Positions 10,473 through 19,393 of a stretch of DNA of 64,000 nucleotides are shown here, piece by piece. The stretch's first letter is position 1, and each line of letters opens with the position of its first letter. Location of the stretch: NCBI GenBank assembly GCA_964619885.1, contig CAZUGA010000017.1, forward strand, positions 19,714-83,713, given 5' to 3'. Position numbers and translations under genes: made by a program. Under the pieces are notes generated by a model. It made no database searches. It saw only the letters and a program-made list of their open reading frames with translations, and was not told the DNA's origin. This stretch comes from an uncultured Methylococcaceae bacterium (GTDB taxonomy: Bacteria; Pseudomonadota; Gammaproteobacteria; Methylococcales; UBA1147).

Positions 10473-12704
10473 ATGGTTGAAAATCAAGCAGTGCTGAATG
10501 ATCCAATACGCTTATCGGTTACCGGTATGAGCTGCGCGGGTTGCGTGAAAACTGTTGAGGATGCGCTGAAATCGGTTGCCGGCGTAGATTTTGCCAGCGT
10601 CAATTTCGCCGATCATTCGGCCGTTGTGGAAGGCCAACCGGATGTTGCTGTATTGCGCCAATCGGTGCAGGCTGTTGGCTACGACATCGCCGTGATGGAA
10701 AGCTTGGATGACCCTAGCGTAGAAATCGAATTAGAGCAGCGCCATTATCATGAACTGGTCAAGAAGGCGGTCATTGCCGCGGCCGTGGGTGCACCGCTGA
10801 TGATTGCTGGTCATATGGGTTGGTTGCCGGAATTGGGTTCGGCGACTGCAAATTGGTTTTGGCCCGAGATCGCATTGATTACCTTCGGCGTAATGGTGTA
10901 TTCGGGCGGGCATTTTTTTGTCGGTGCCGCGCATGCATTGCAAAAAGGCCAAGCCAATATGGATACACTGATTGCACTGGGTACCGGCGCCGCGTGGATC
11001 TACTCGACGATCGTGATCGATTTTTCGGATACATTGCCGTCGTTGGCCAAGCACGCTTATTTTGAAGCGGCGGTGATTATTCTCGCTTTTATCAATTTTG
11101 GTGCTGCGCTGGAAACACGGGCGCGGGGTAAAACTTCCAGCGCGATACGGGAATTGATCGGATTGCAGCCGCGCACCGCGCGGGTGGTGCGCAACGGTGA
11201 GGAACTGGATATCCCAATTGATCAAGTTGGTCTGGACGAAACGCTAAGGGTCCGGCCCGGCGAAAAAATAGCCGTCGATGGCGTATTGATCAAAGGTCAT
11301 TCCAGTATTGATGAGTCGATGCTAACTGGTGAGCCGCTTCCGGTTGAAAAATCAGAAGGTGATGAAGTCGTTGCCGGCACATTGAACCAAAAGGGTAGTT
11401 TTTTGTACCGAGCCACGCGGATTGGCCGTGACACCGTATTAGCACAGATTATTGAAAGTGTGCGCCAGGCACAAGGTAGTAAACCTGAAATTGCGCGGAT
11501 GGTCGATCATATAGCCGCGGTATTCGTGCCCGCAGTCGTAGTAATCTCAATATTGACCTTTTTTGTCTGGCTTTGGGTCGGCCCTGACCCGGCCTTGGGT
11601 TATGCCTTCGTCACATCGATGACCGTATTGCTGATCGCTTGTCCCTGTGCTTTGGGGCTGGCTACGCCAATATCCGTGATGGTGGGTGTCGGACGCGCGG
11701 CGCAGGCGGGTATTCTGATTCGTAATGGCGACGCGTTACAAAGTGCTGGCAAATTAAGCTGCGTGGTGTTGGACAAAACCGGGACAGTAACAGAAGGCTG
11801 CCCCACAGTCTCCGCTGTCGAAGCTTTTTCCAATTGGACCGAAACGCAGGTGTTGCAATACGCTGTAAGTTTGGAGACCGGCTCAGAACATCCACTGGCC
11901 AGCGCGATATTGGCCCGGGGTGACGAGCAAGGCATTGAATCGATGGCCACGGAAAAATTCCAGGCGATCGCCGGGCACGGCGTATCCGCAACGGTGGACG
12001 GACAACTTATGTACTTTGGTAACCTGGAACTGATGCAGTCCAACAGGATCCCCTGCGACGATTTTAAGCTTATATTGGACGGCTATGCCGAGAACGCGCA
12101 AACGCCGATGCTGCTGGCGACCGCCGATCAGGTGGTCGGGTTGATCTCGGTATCGGATCCTATCAAGCTAGATTCCAAACAGGCGATAGCCGATTTAAAA
12201 GCCTCGGGTGTTCGGGTCTTAATGGTGACTGGCGATAATGAAAAAACCGCGCTGGCGGTTGCGCGTGAGGCGGGAATCGACGATGTACGCGCCCAGGTGT
12301 TGCCGCAGGACAAAGCGGCCATCGTAAAAACACTGCAAGACCAGGGTGAAAGCGTCGGCATGGTTGGGGACGGCATCAACGATGCGCCCGCATTGGCCCA
12401 GGCCAACGTCGGTTTTGCGATCGGCACCGGTACTGATATCGCGATTGAAAGCGGCGATGTCGTATTGATGCGCGGGTCGCTGAGCAAATTGACCGAAGCA
12501 ATCAAAGTTTCGCGGCTGACATTGCTCAATATTAAACAAAATCTGCTCGGCGCGTTTATCTATAATACGTTGGCGATACCGGTTGCGGCGGGTTTGTTGT
12601 ACCCAATGTTTGGCGTGCTGCTCAACCCGATGATCGCTGGTGCGGCGATGGCCATGTCGTCGGTGACCGTTGTGGCCAACGCCAACCGATTGCGCTGGCA
12701 ATAA
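10473..12704 (+). CDS. copA: copper-translocating P-type ATPase
   Basis: An N-terminal HMA domain with GMSCAGC, a CPC transmembrane metal site, the DKTGT phosphorylation motif and a GDGINDAP hinge. Confidence 0.9.
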   Translation: MVENQAVLNDPIRLSVTGMSCAGCVKTVEDALKSVAGVDFASVNFADHSAVVEGQPDVAVLRQSVQAVGYDIAVMESLDDPSVEIELEQRHYHELVKKAVIAAAVGAPLMIAGHMGWLPELGSATANWFWPEIALITFGVMVYSGGHFFVGAAHALQKGQANMDTLIALGTGAAWIYSTIVIDFSDTLPSLAKHAYFEAAVIILAFINFGAALETRARGKTSSAIRELIGLQPRTARVVRNGEELDIPIDQVGLDETLRVRPGEKIAVDGVLIKGHSSIDESMLTGEPLPVEKSEGDEVVAGTLNQKGSFLYRATRIGRDTVLAQIIESVRQAQGSKPEIARMVDHIAAVFVPAVVVISILTFFVWLWVGPDPALGYAFVTSMTVLLIACPCALGLATPISVMVGVGRAAQAGILIRNGDALQSAGKLSCVVLDKTGTVTEGCPTVSAVEAFSNWTETQVLQYAVSLETGSEHPLASAILARGDEQGIESMATEKFQAIAGHGVSATVDGQLMYFGNLELMQSNRIPCDDFKLILDGYAENAQTPMLLATADQVVGLISVSDPIKLDSKQAIADLKASGVRVLMVTGDNEKTALAVAREAGIDDVRAQVLPQDKAAIVKTLQDQGESVGMVGDGINDAPALAQANVGFAIGTGTDIAIESGDVVLMRGSLSKLTEAIKVSRLTLLNIKQNLLGAFIYNTLAIPVAAGLLYPMFGVLLNPMIAGAAMAMSSVTVVANANRLRWQ

Positions 12705-12785
12705 CCCTAGGCTAATTGGGATAGGCGATTGACAGTAAACCTTTAAAGCTAAAGCGAAAAAATCCAGCCTTTAGCAACCGGCGGA

Positions 12786-13964
12786 TCATGGGCTTGATGC
12801 TACCGCTGTCGATGCTGGTTTTTCAGCCGGGTATTTTTTGCTCGCCTTAATGATGACAAATTTTTTGTTATTGGTGATTACTGTCACATTGCCAAAAATG
12901 CGCTTCAGTTTGAGGTGGTACGGGAGGTGTCTGTTTCCGATCACCCAGAGTTCACCGCCGGGCTTCAACACCTCGTTTGCTTCACTGAACATTTGCCAAG
13001 CGACAGCGTCGCTCATCGCATTATTATGGTGAAACGGCGGGTTATTCAGTACACAGTCGAAACTATCGTGTGGCACGCCGGATAAGCAATCTATGGTGGA
13101 GAATTCAGCGCGACGGCTATCGCCGAATAGCGCGTTAAAATTGGCTTTGGCCGATGCCACCGCCATATAAGATTCATCGAAAAAGCTTAATTCTGCGTTG
13201 GGATTGAGCTGTGCTGCGATCAAACCTACTATGCCGTTGCCGCAACCAAGGTCGATTATCTTTTTTGCGGCGTCCCCGGCTGGGATGTGCTGCAAGAAAA
13301 ATCGCGTACCCAAGTCCAGCTTTTCCCGCGAGAATACATTGGCGTGATTGATCAGCATGGCATCGCTACTGTCGAGTTGCCAAGTTATCGGATAAGGATT
13401 GTTGGGTGGATTCAAGTCCATGTTGGGATCGCAAAATATCAAGCGCGCCTTCTTTTTTGCCAGTGAGGTACGGGTCGGCCCAATAATCTGCTCAAACAAA
13501 TCTAATGTGGAGCGGTGAACCGTTTTGACCATTGCCGAGCCGATAAACTGCGTATCAGCATGTATTGCCGGGCGCAATCTGTGCAATTGTTCTTCAAGCA
13601 ATGCCAGACTTCGGGGGATCTTGATCAAAACCAGGTCAATTTTCGCAGTTGGTTCCGCAAGACTATCGAGTAACTGGACGCTTTTGCCAGACAGTCCGTT
13701 GCTTTTTAGGTTGTGAAGCGTTCCCTGGTGGGACAAATAAGAATCCGACAACATTTGCGGCTTGTACACGGCAAGCGCGACGGATAATGCCCCGAAGCTG
13801 TCGTTAACGATTAGAATCGACAGCGATGTTTCCGGTAAGTTGTTTTCGGCGATATGCTGCAACAGGTATTCATCTGCCGAGTCCCAAGCGCGTAAGCTTT
13901 GTTTCTTTAGAATCGGGTAGCGGGTGAGATTAAACGAACCTTGCGGCGATTTCAGGGTTTCCAT
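12786..13964 (-). CDS. rlmG: class I SAM-dependent rRNA (guanine-N2) methyltransferase, RlmG/RsmC family
   Basis: Two-domain methyltransferase with an NPPFH catalytic motif and a GxGxG SAM site. Its length is close to RlmG. Confidence 0.65.
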   Translation of the reverse strand: METLKSPQGSFNLTRYPILKKQSLRAWDSADEYLLQHIAENNLPETSLSILIVNDSFGALSVALAVYKPQMLSDSYLSHQGTLHNLKSNGLSGKSVQLLDSLAEPTAKIDLVLIKIPRSLALLEEQLHRLRPAIHADTQFIGSAMVKTVHRSTLDLFEQIIGPTRTSLAKKKARLIFCDPNMDLNPPNNPYPITWQLDSSDAMLINHANVFSREKLDLGTRFFLQHIPAGDAAKKIIDLGCGNGIVGLIAAQLNPNAELSFFDESYMAVASAKANFNALFGDSRRAEFSTIDCLSGVPHDSFDCVLNNPPFHHNNAMSDAVAWQMFSEANEVLKPGGELWVIGNRHLPYHLKLKRIFGNVTVITNNKKFVIIKASKKYPAEKPASTAVASSP

Positions 13965-14112
13965 AAATAAGCGTGCGATAAATATAACGGGCCTGCCCAG
14001 GGAATTCTGGGTCGGCTAGTTTAGCACAGGCTCCGGTGCGCATTGGTTGTGATTCGTGCTAGCATCCAGATCCACAGTGTCGTCAGTAAAATTAATTCGG
14101 ATCGATACACCC

Positions 14113-14655
14113 ATGGCCACAGTATTTACCCATCCCGCGGTCGCAATTGCATTGTTACCCTGGTTTCGCCGGTTGCAAAATCGATGGCAGATATTAATGA
14201 TTGGCGCATTACTGACAATTTTGCCCGATTTCGACGTGATTGGTCTGCGACTCGGCATCCCATATGGAGATATGTTGGGGCATCGCGGTCTGACCCACTC
14301 GATCTTTTTTGCCGTACTCGTGTCGGTCGTTTTTGCGCGCTGGTCAGCCGATAGATTCCAATTGAGGTTTTTGCCGGTCTGGTTGTATTATTTTTTGTGC
14401 CTGATCTCACACGGTGTGTTGGACGCGTTGACCGACGGCGGTTTGGGAATCGCATTTTTTGCACCGTTCGATAACCATCGTTATTTTTTCCCGCTGCGTC
14501 CGATAATGGTTTCGCCATTGAATATTGCGCGATTTTTCCAAGGCCAAGGGGCACCGGTGTTGATCAATGAATTGAAGTGGGTTTGGTTTCCCTGCCTTGT
14601 GATTTTTCTAGTAGGGTTTGCGGTATATCGCCGGACCACGCGTAACCATTGTTAA
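14113..14655 (+). CDS. membrane-bound metal-dependent hydrolase (DUF457/YbcI family)
   Basis: Multi-TM protein with the His-rich motifs of the YbcI/LexA-regulon hydrolase family. Start refined to MATVF. Confidence 0.6.
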   Translation: MATVFTHPAVAIALLPWFRRLQNRWQILMIGALLTILPDFDVIGLRLGIPYGDMLGHRGLTHSIFFAVLVSVVFARWSADRFQLRFLPVWLYYFLCLISHGVLDALTDGGLGIAFFAPFDNHRYFFPLRPIMVSPLNIARFFQGQGAPVLINELKWVWFPCLVIFLVGFAVYRRTTRNHC

Positions 14656-14819
14656 CATTAGTTGCTCAATAGTTGCGCTATTTGATGTCGCCAGGGTTTT
14701 GCCAAACTGGAATCAAGTCGCATGGATTTTTGGCCTCGTCGTAGGCTTGGAGCGGCGAGTGAATTTCGATAATATCACCGGTGTTGCTCCGCTATTGGAT
14801 TATATTAAGAGGGTTAAAG

Positions 14820-15206
14820 ATGAATAATAAAAAATTATGGACTTTACTGTTTGGCTCGGTCGCTTTGTTGGTTTCCAACTATGCGCAATCGGAAGGATCC
14901 ACAGTCACCGAATCTGGCATTGCCGCGTACTACAGTAATGTATTCCAAGGTCGCAAAACCGCCAGCGGTCAACGCTACGACAAAAACAAATTGACCGCCG
15001 CGCACAGAACCTACCCATTCGGCACCCAACTGAAAGTCACCAACCAGGAAAACGGTAAAAGCATCGAGGTCAAGGTAAATGATCGCGGGCCGACCACGCC
15101 GGGCAGAATTATTGATCTTTCCCGACGAGCCGCTAAAGAATTGGGCTATTTAAAAAAGGGTTTGGCGGATGTTACGTTGGAAGTTGTAGAAATGGGAAAT
15201 AAATGA
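14820..15206 (+). CDS. RlpA-like double-psi beta-barrel (DPBB) lipoprotein
   Basis: Signal peptide, then GIAAYYS...G..TASG and a DPBB core (KVNDRGP). Good RBS upstream. Confidence 0.7.
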   Translation: MNNKKLWTLLFGSVALLVSNYAQSEGSTVTESGIAAYYSNVFQGRKTASGQRYDKNKLTAAHRTYPFGTQLKVTNQENGKSIEVKVNDRGPTTPGRIIDLSRRAAKELGYLKKGLADVTLEVVEMGNK

Positions 15207-15207
15207 A

Positions 15208-15354
15208 ATGCGGCCGGGTAATTTGCCGATCAAGATCAAAGCCCAAGCAGCGGATCGGATGATCGAAGTGGAGTTCGACCCGCGCGTAATGTCCAAGGAC
15301 GAGGCCATCGCCGCGGCACGCAAGATTCAAGCATTGGTGGAACCGAAAGCGTAG
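15208..15354 (+). CDS. possible small protein (48 aa) immediately upstream of DGR target 1
   Basis: An ATG-initiated ORF below the 60-aa track cut-off, MRPGNLPIKIKAQAADRMIEVEFDPRVMSKDEAIAAARKIQALVEPKA. It looks protein-like, but no family is recognised. Confidence 0.2.
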   Translation: MRPGNLPIKIKAQAADRMIEVEFDPRVMSKDEAIAAARKIQALVEPKA

Positions 15355-15362
15355 AGGTTCAC

Positions 15363-17336
15363 GTGGCCAAAAAATATGCGTTACTGGTTGGAACCGATCG
15401 ATATGAGGACCGCGGCTTCTCACCGCTAACCGTCCCTCGCGCCGACGTCGCAGCGCTAAAAAATGTATTGACGGATCCGCAGATTGGCGGTTTTGATCAG
15501 GTCGATACACTGTTGAATGGTTCACTCGCCGAGATCATGGAGGCGGTCGGCGAGCTTTTCGGTGACAAATCCAAAGACGATCTTCTGTTACTGTATTTTT
15601 CCGGCCACGGCGCGTTGGATCGTTCGGGCGAATTGCACTTGAGTGTCGCCCAAACCAAGCTCAAACGTTTAAGCACCACCGCACTGTCTTCCACGCTGAT
15701 CAAGAATGAAATGAACCACAGCCGGTCGCGGCGCCAGGTGTTGATCTTAGATTGTTGCTACGCGGGTGCTTTTTCGCGCAATTCCGCGAAATCCAAAAGC
15801 GCAACCGCGGAGCCCGCAGTCACGGAAGCAACCTTCGATGTGAAGGGTTATGGGCGCGAAATTCTGGTGTCGTCATCGGCCACCCAGCGATCCTGGGAAG
15901 GTGATGAAATTATCGGCAACAGCGACAAATCGCTGTTTACCCATTTTCTGGTTCAAGGTCTGGCCGCGGGTGAAGCGGCGCCCCAGGGCGGGTCGGATAT
16001 CACCGTCGGTCAGTTGTACGATTATGTGCACGATAAAGTCGTCGCGGCCAGTCCAGCGGTGACGCCGCAGCGCTGGGCCGAGGCGCAGACCGATTCAATT
16101 GTGTTGGCGCAAAATCCCAAACCGGTGGTCAAAACCACGCCGTTGCCGGAAGATATTTTGAGAGATTTGGACGACGACCGGCCCCACGTTCGCGAGGGCG
16201 CGATACGGGAATTGGGACGGTTGGCGGCGGGTGAAGATCAAAAACGTACTGAAGCCGTGATCGAAGTATTGCGAAACAGGCGGGTTGTGGAGCGGGATAT
16301 TTATGTTCACGAGGCGATCGATGCGGTATTGAGCAAGTTGGAGGCGTCAGCAAATGACGTGGTGGGTGTTGAACAAAAGGATGCAATATCGGCTGAAGAA
16401 TCGGCGGGTCGTCATAGGACCCAAGTTTACCTGTTCATTAGTTTTTTGTTGATCGGGGTGATTGTCGTCTTCTGGAAATCTATAACTACCGACTCCCCAC
16501 CTGATATAGCGCCATCTGTTGTTACGAATCCTAGCGCTGGGGTTCGGACAACGAAAGCCCCACTTGAGGTATCGCCAACCCTTGTCGAATCTTCGAAACC
16601 AGTCGTGTCAGCCAAACGTAAACCGGGAACTGTTTTCCAGGATACCTTGAACGATGGTTCGAAGGGTCCTGAAATGGTTGTCATCCCGGCGGGCAGTTTC
16701 CGTATGGGGGATATTCAAGGTGTAGGTCATAGCGATGAGCAACCCGTGCATAAGGTCACGATCAAGCGGCCTTTTGCGCTAAGCAAATACCCAATCACCT
16801 TTGCCGAATACGACCATTATCGAGAAGCTATCAACAAGCCTAAACCTTCCGATAACGATTGGGGTCGAGGTAATCGACCCGTCATCAATGTTTCTTGGAT
16901 TGATGCAACGGCTTATGCGGCGTGGTTGAGTGATCAAACCGGAAAGCGCTACCGCTTGCCTTCGGAAGCCGAATGGGAATACGCGGCCCGCGGGTGGAAG
17001 GAAACCGAATATTGGTGGGGAGACGAAGCCGATAAGAAACATGCCAATTTTTCTGGATATAATACAACGCCGGTTGATAAATACGCCGCAAATCCGTTTG
17101 GATTGCATGATACTTCGGGGAATGTTTGGGAATGGGTGCAGGATACCTGGCACGATACCTATAAATCGGCCCCAATTGATGGATCTGCATGGTTTGATAG
17201 TGACTCTCGACTCCGCGTGCTGCGTGGCGGCTCTTGGGGCATTGAGCCGGACTTCGCGCGTTCGGCGTACCGGTACAGGTACAGACCGGAGACCTCGAGC
17301 TACTATGTTGGATTTCGCTTGGCCCAGGACCTATAA
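15363..17336 (+). CDS. DGR target protein 1
   Basis: GTG start. Caspase dyad motifs YFSGHG and LDCCYAG, HEAT-like repeats, then the TM segment YLFISFLLIGVIVVFW. The C-terminus carries SUMF1/FGE hallmarks (RLPSEAEWEYAARG, GNVWEWV, RVLRGGSW) and contains VR1. Confidence 0.85.
   Translation: MAKKYALLVGTDRYEDRGFSPLTVPRADVAALKNVLTDPQIGGFDQVDTLLNGSLAEIMEAVGELFGDKSKDDLLLLYFSGHGALDRSGELHLSVAQTKLKRLSTTALSSTLIKNEMNHSRSRRQVLILDCCYAGAFSRNSAKSKSATAEPAVTEATFDVKGYGREILVSSSATQRSWEGDEIIGNSDKSLFTHFLVQGLAAGEAAPQGGSDITVGQLYDYVHDKVVAASPAVTPQRWAEAQTDSIVLAQNPKPVVKTTPLPEDILRDLDDDRPHVREGAIRELGRLAAGEDQKRTEAVIEVLRNRRVVERDIYVHEAIDAVLSKLEASANDVVGVEQKDAISAEESAGRHRTQVYLFISFLLIGVIVVFWKSITTDSPPDIAPSVVTNPSAGVRTTKAPLEVSPTLVESSKPVVSAKRKPGTVFQDTLNDGSKGPEMVVIPAGSFRMGDIQGVGHSDEQPVHKVTIKRPFALSKYPITFAEYDHYREAINKPKPSDNDWGRGNRPVINVSWIDATAYAAWLSDQTGKRYRLPSEAEWEYAARGWKETEYWWGDEADKKHANFSGYNTTPVDKYAANPFGLHDTSGNVWEWVQDTWHDTYKSAPIDGSAWFDSDSRLRVLRGGSWGIEPDFARSAYRYRYRPETSSYYVGFRLAQDL
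17203..17327 (+). repeat. DGR variable repeat VR1 (3' end of target 1)
   Basis: ~123 bp matching the TR at 18834-18958. In the 115-bp core all 18 mismatches are at TR adenine positions. Confidence 0.85.
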
Positions 17337-17410
17337 CCCTTTTCGCTTTGTTCTTTTACTCTTTTTACTTCTTGAATGTTAGAAAATAATTCGAATATAG
17401 TCGTCACAGG

Positions 17411-17770
17411 ATGAGCCAAACCACTCCGCAAGCCATCCATCTATGCCATGAGTTGTTGGGTTGGCTCATCCCGTTGCTGGATAAATTCCCACGCAGCGGA
17501 CGTTTCAGCCTGGGTGATCGTTTGGAGAGTGCGCTATTGGATGTGCTGGAACGTTTGGTCGAAGCCGCCTATACCCGGGCAAATCTCAAAGGACAAGCCT
17601 TATCTTCGGCCAATCTCCGGTTAGAAGTTGCGCGGCAACTATGGCGGCTGTGCTTTGAATTCAAGCTGATCTCAACAAAACGCTATCGTTATGGTGCCGA
17701 ATTGATGGACGATTTGGGACGGCAAATCGGCGGTTGGTTGCGCAGCAGCAGCGCAGGTCGCGCTCGATGA
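17411..17770 (+). CDS. avd: DGR accessory variability determinant (Avd-like)
   Basis: 119-aa helical, basic protein directly upstream of the RT with an ATGA stop/start overlap, a typical Avd position. Confidence 0.75.
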   Translation: MSQTTPQAIHLCHELLGWLIPLLDKFPRSGRFSLGDRLESALLDVLERLVEAAYTRANLKGQALSSANLRLEVARQLWRLCFEFKLISTKRYRYGAELMDDLGRQIGGWLRSSSAGRAR

Positions 17771-18876
17771 AAAGGTTGGGTCAAATTTGGGGAAAAATCT
17801 GTAGTTTCGAAAATTTATGGATTGCCTATAGAAAAGCGCGGCTCGGCAAGACTTTACGGCCCAGTGTCGCCTTGTTTTCCATGAATGTGGAAAAAGAGTT
17901 AATGGTTTTGCAAAGAGAACTCCGCGATGGGAGTTATCAACCTGGGGAATATCGGCTTTTTACGATTTATGAACGCAAACCCCGCGCGATCGCCGCCGCG
18001 CCATTTCGGGACCGCGTTGTTCATCATGCGATCATGAATCTGTTAGAGCCCACGTTGGATCGAAGTTTTATAAACGATTCCTATGCATGCCGCAAAGGTA
18101 AAGGGGTTCACCGGGCGGTCGATCGGTTTCAGCGTTGGGCACAACGCTATACCTATGTTTTAAAACTTGATGTCGAGCAATATTTTTCGTCAATCGACCA
18201 TCCGATTCTCAAGGAAAAATTGCATCGCAAAATAAAGGACCGGTCAAGCTTAGCCTTATTGGAAAAAATAATTGATGCCAGCCCGCAAAATCCTAAACGG
18301 CCATTAGACTTTTTTCGGGGTGATGATCTATTGACGCCGTTGGGCAGGGGTGTGGGCATTCCAATCGGGAATCTTACCAGCCAGTTTTTCGCCAATCTTT
18401 TTCTGGATGATCTTGACCATTTCATTAAGCAGGAGCTGCGGGTAAAAGGATATCTCCGCTATGTTGATGATATGGTTTTATTGGCCGATAGCAAAACGGA
18501 GTTGGCCGAATACCGTGAGATTATTCGGGAGAAATTAGAAGATTTAAGGTTGCGAGTGCACCCGAGAAAAGCGCATATCAGCCGCGCTGTCGACGGGTTG
18601 AACTTATTCGGGTATTTGGTTTATCGGGATTATCGAAGGTTAAGGAACGACAATGGTTATCGATTCGCCAGAAAATTGCGCGGGTTTGCTAAGGCTTACG
18701 AAGTTTGGGAGGTTGATTGGGATACATTGAACAGTTCGGTCCAAAGCTGGATCGGTCATGCCAAGCACGCCGATATATGGGGATTGCGCACAGCGATTTT
18801 TTCTGACATTGTATTTCGCAGGGGACCCGACCCACAAACGAATCCGCGTGCTGCGTGGCGGCTCTTGGAACAATAA
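17767..18876 (+). CDS. DGR reverse transcriptase
   Basis: RT domains with the YVDD box and the DGR-specific motif-4 IGNLTSQ (versus QGxxxSP in group II/retron RTs). The 3' end overlaps the TR. Confidence 0.9.
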   Translation: MKRLGQIWGKICSFENLWIAYRKARLGKTLRPSVALFSMNVEKELMVLQRELRDGSYQPGEYRLFTIYERKPRAIAAAPFRDRVVHHAIMNLLEPTLDRSFINDSYACRKGKGVHRAVDRFQRWAQRYTYVLKLDVEQYFSSIDHPILKEKLHRKIKDRSSLALLEKIIDASPQNPKRPLDFFRGDDLLTPLGRGVGIPIGNLTSQFFANLFLDDLDHFIKQELRVKGYLRYVDDMVLLADSKTELAEYREIIREKLEDLRLRVHPRKAHISRAVDGLNLFGYLVYRDYRRLRNDNGYRFARKLRGFAKAYEVWEVDWDTLNSSVQSWIGHAKHADIWGLRTAIFSDIVFRRGPDPQTNPRAAWRLLEQ

Positions 18877-18958
18877 ACCGAACAACGCGCGTTCGGCGAA
18901 CCGGAACAGGAACAAACCGGAGAACTCGAACAACAATGTTGGATTTCGCTTGGCCCAG
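18834..18958 (+). repeat. DGR template repeat (TR)
   Basis: Non-coding copy of the VR, adenine-rich, translating as NNKPNNARSANRNRNKPENSNNNVGFRLAQ. It differs from VR1 and VR2 almost only at its A positions. Confidence 0.85.
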
Positions 18959-18968
18959 TCTACCTGTG

Positions 18969-18981
18969 CGGCCGAAAGCCG
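18969..18981 (+). other. TR-specific hairpin CGGC-CGAAA-GCCG immediately 3' of TR
   Basis: Lies within a 23-nt insertion present after the TR but absent after both VRs. Confidence 0.35.
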
Positions 18982-19093
18982 GACCTAGAGCCAGGTTGTT
19001 CATGGACAACATGGGAATGGTGCGCAGGTGTCCATGAGCCGGGTTCCCGGTTTCGCAAGGATGGGAAAGACGAATAGTATTGTTAGGAAAACG

Positions 19094-19134
19094 GCAAGCG
19101 GGGCTGGTAGGATTTTTCCGAAGGCCCCGCTTGC
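19094..19134 (+). terminator. 11-bp-stem hairpin (GCAAGCGGGGC...GCCCCGCTTGC) downstream of RT/TR
   Basis: Inverted repeat seen in sequence. A T-rich tract follows ~20 nt later, so this is a possible 3' end of the RT-TR transcript. Confidence 0.3.
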
Positions 19135-19178
19135 ATTACAAAGATGCTTTCGATCTTTTTAATTTTGGGGGTTGGGAA

Positions 19179-19271
19179 GCAGTTTGTTGATTGATCAGAA
19201 CGCGTGAATACGTCCGTGTAAGCTCCGCTGCAACATCCTTGTTGCAGAAGTCTGATCAATCAACAATCTGC
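19179..19271. repeat. nested inverted repeats between TR and target 2 (outer ~21-bp arms GCAGTTTGTTGATTGATCAGA / TCTGATCAATCAACAATCTGC; inner 8-bp hairpin CTGCAACA-TCCT-TGTTGCAG)
   Basis: Seen directly in sequence. Confidence 0.5.
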
Positions 19272-19393
19272 TTGCTTGCCGAATAGATGGATGGCCGTTT
19301 TATATAGATTTATAGGTTGTAAACATTGGGATTACTCGGAAAATTACAAAGACCTGGATTGATTGAGCCTCGGATTGGATACGGAAAATAAAC

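Noticed and set aside
17767-18876. RT as group II intron maturase or retron RT
   Set aside because: It has the IGNLTSQ motif-4 in place of QGxxSP and no maturase/X or En domains. No intron RNA domains flank it. The Avd plus TR/VR pattern with adenine-specific mutations identifies a DGR.
18758-18988. 76-aa ORF encoding ...RVLRGGSWNNKPNNARSANRNRNKPENSNNNVGFRLAQ...
   Set aside because: This is simply the DGR template repeat read in the VR frame, so the Asn-rich segment comes from AAC codons. It overlaps the RT 3' end and has no RBS. It is a non-coding TR, not a gene.
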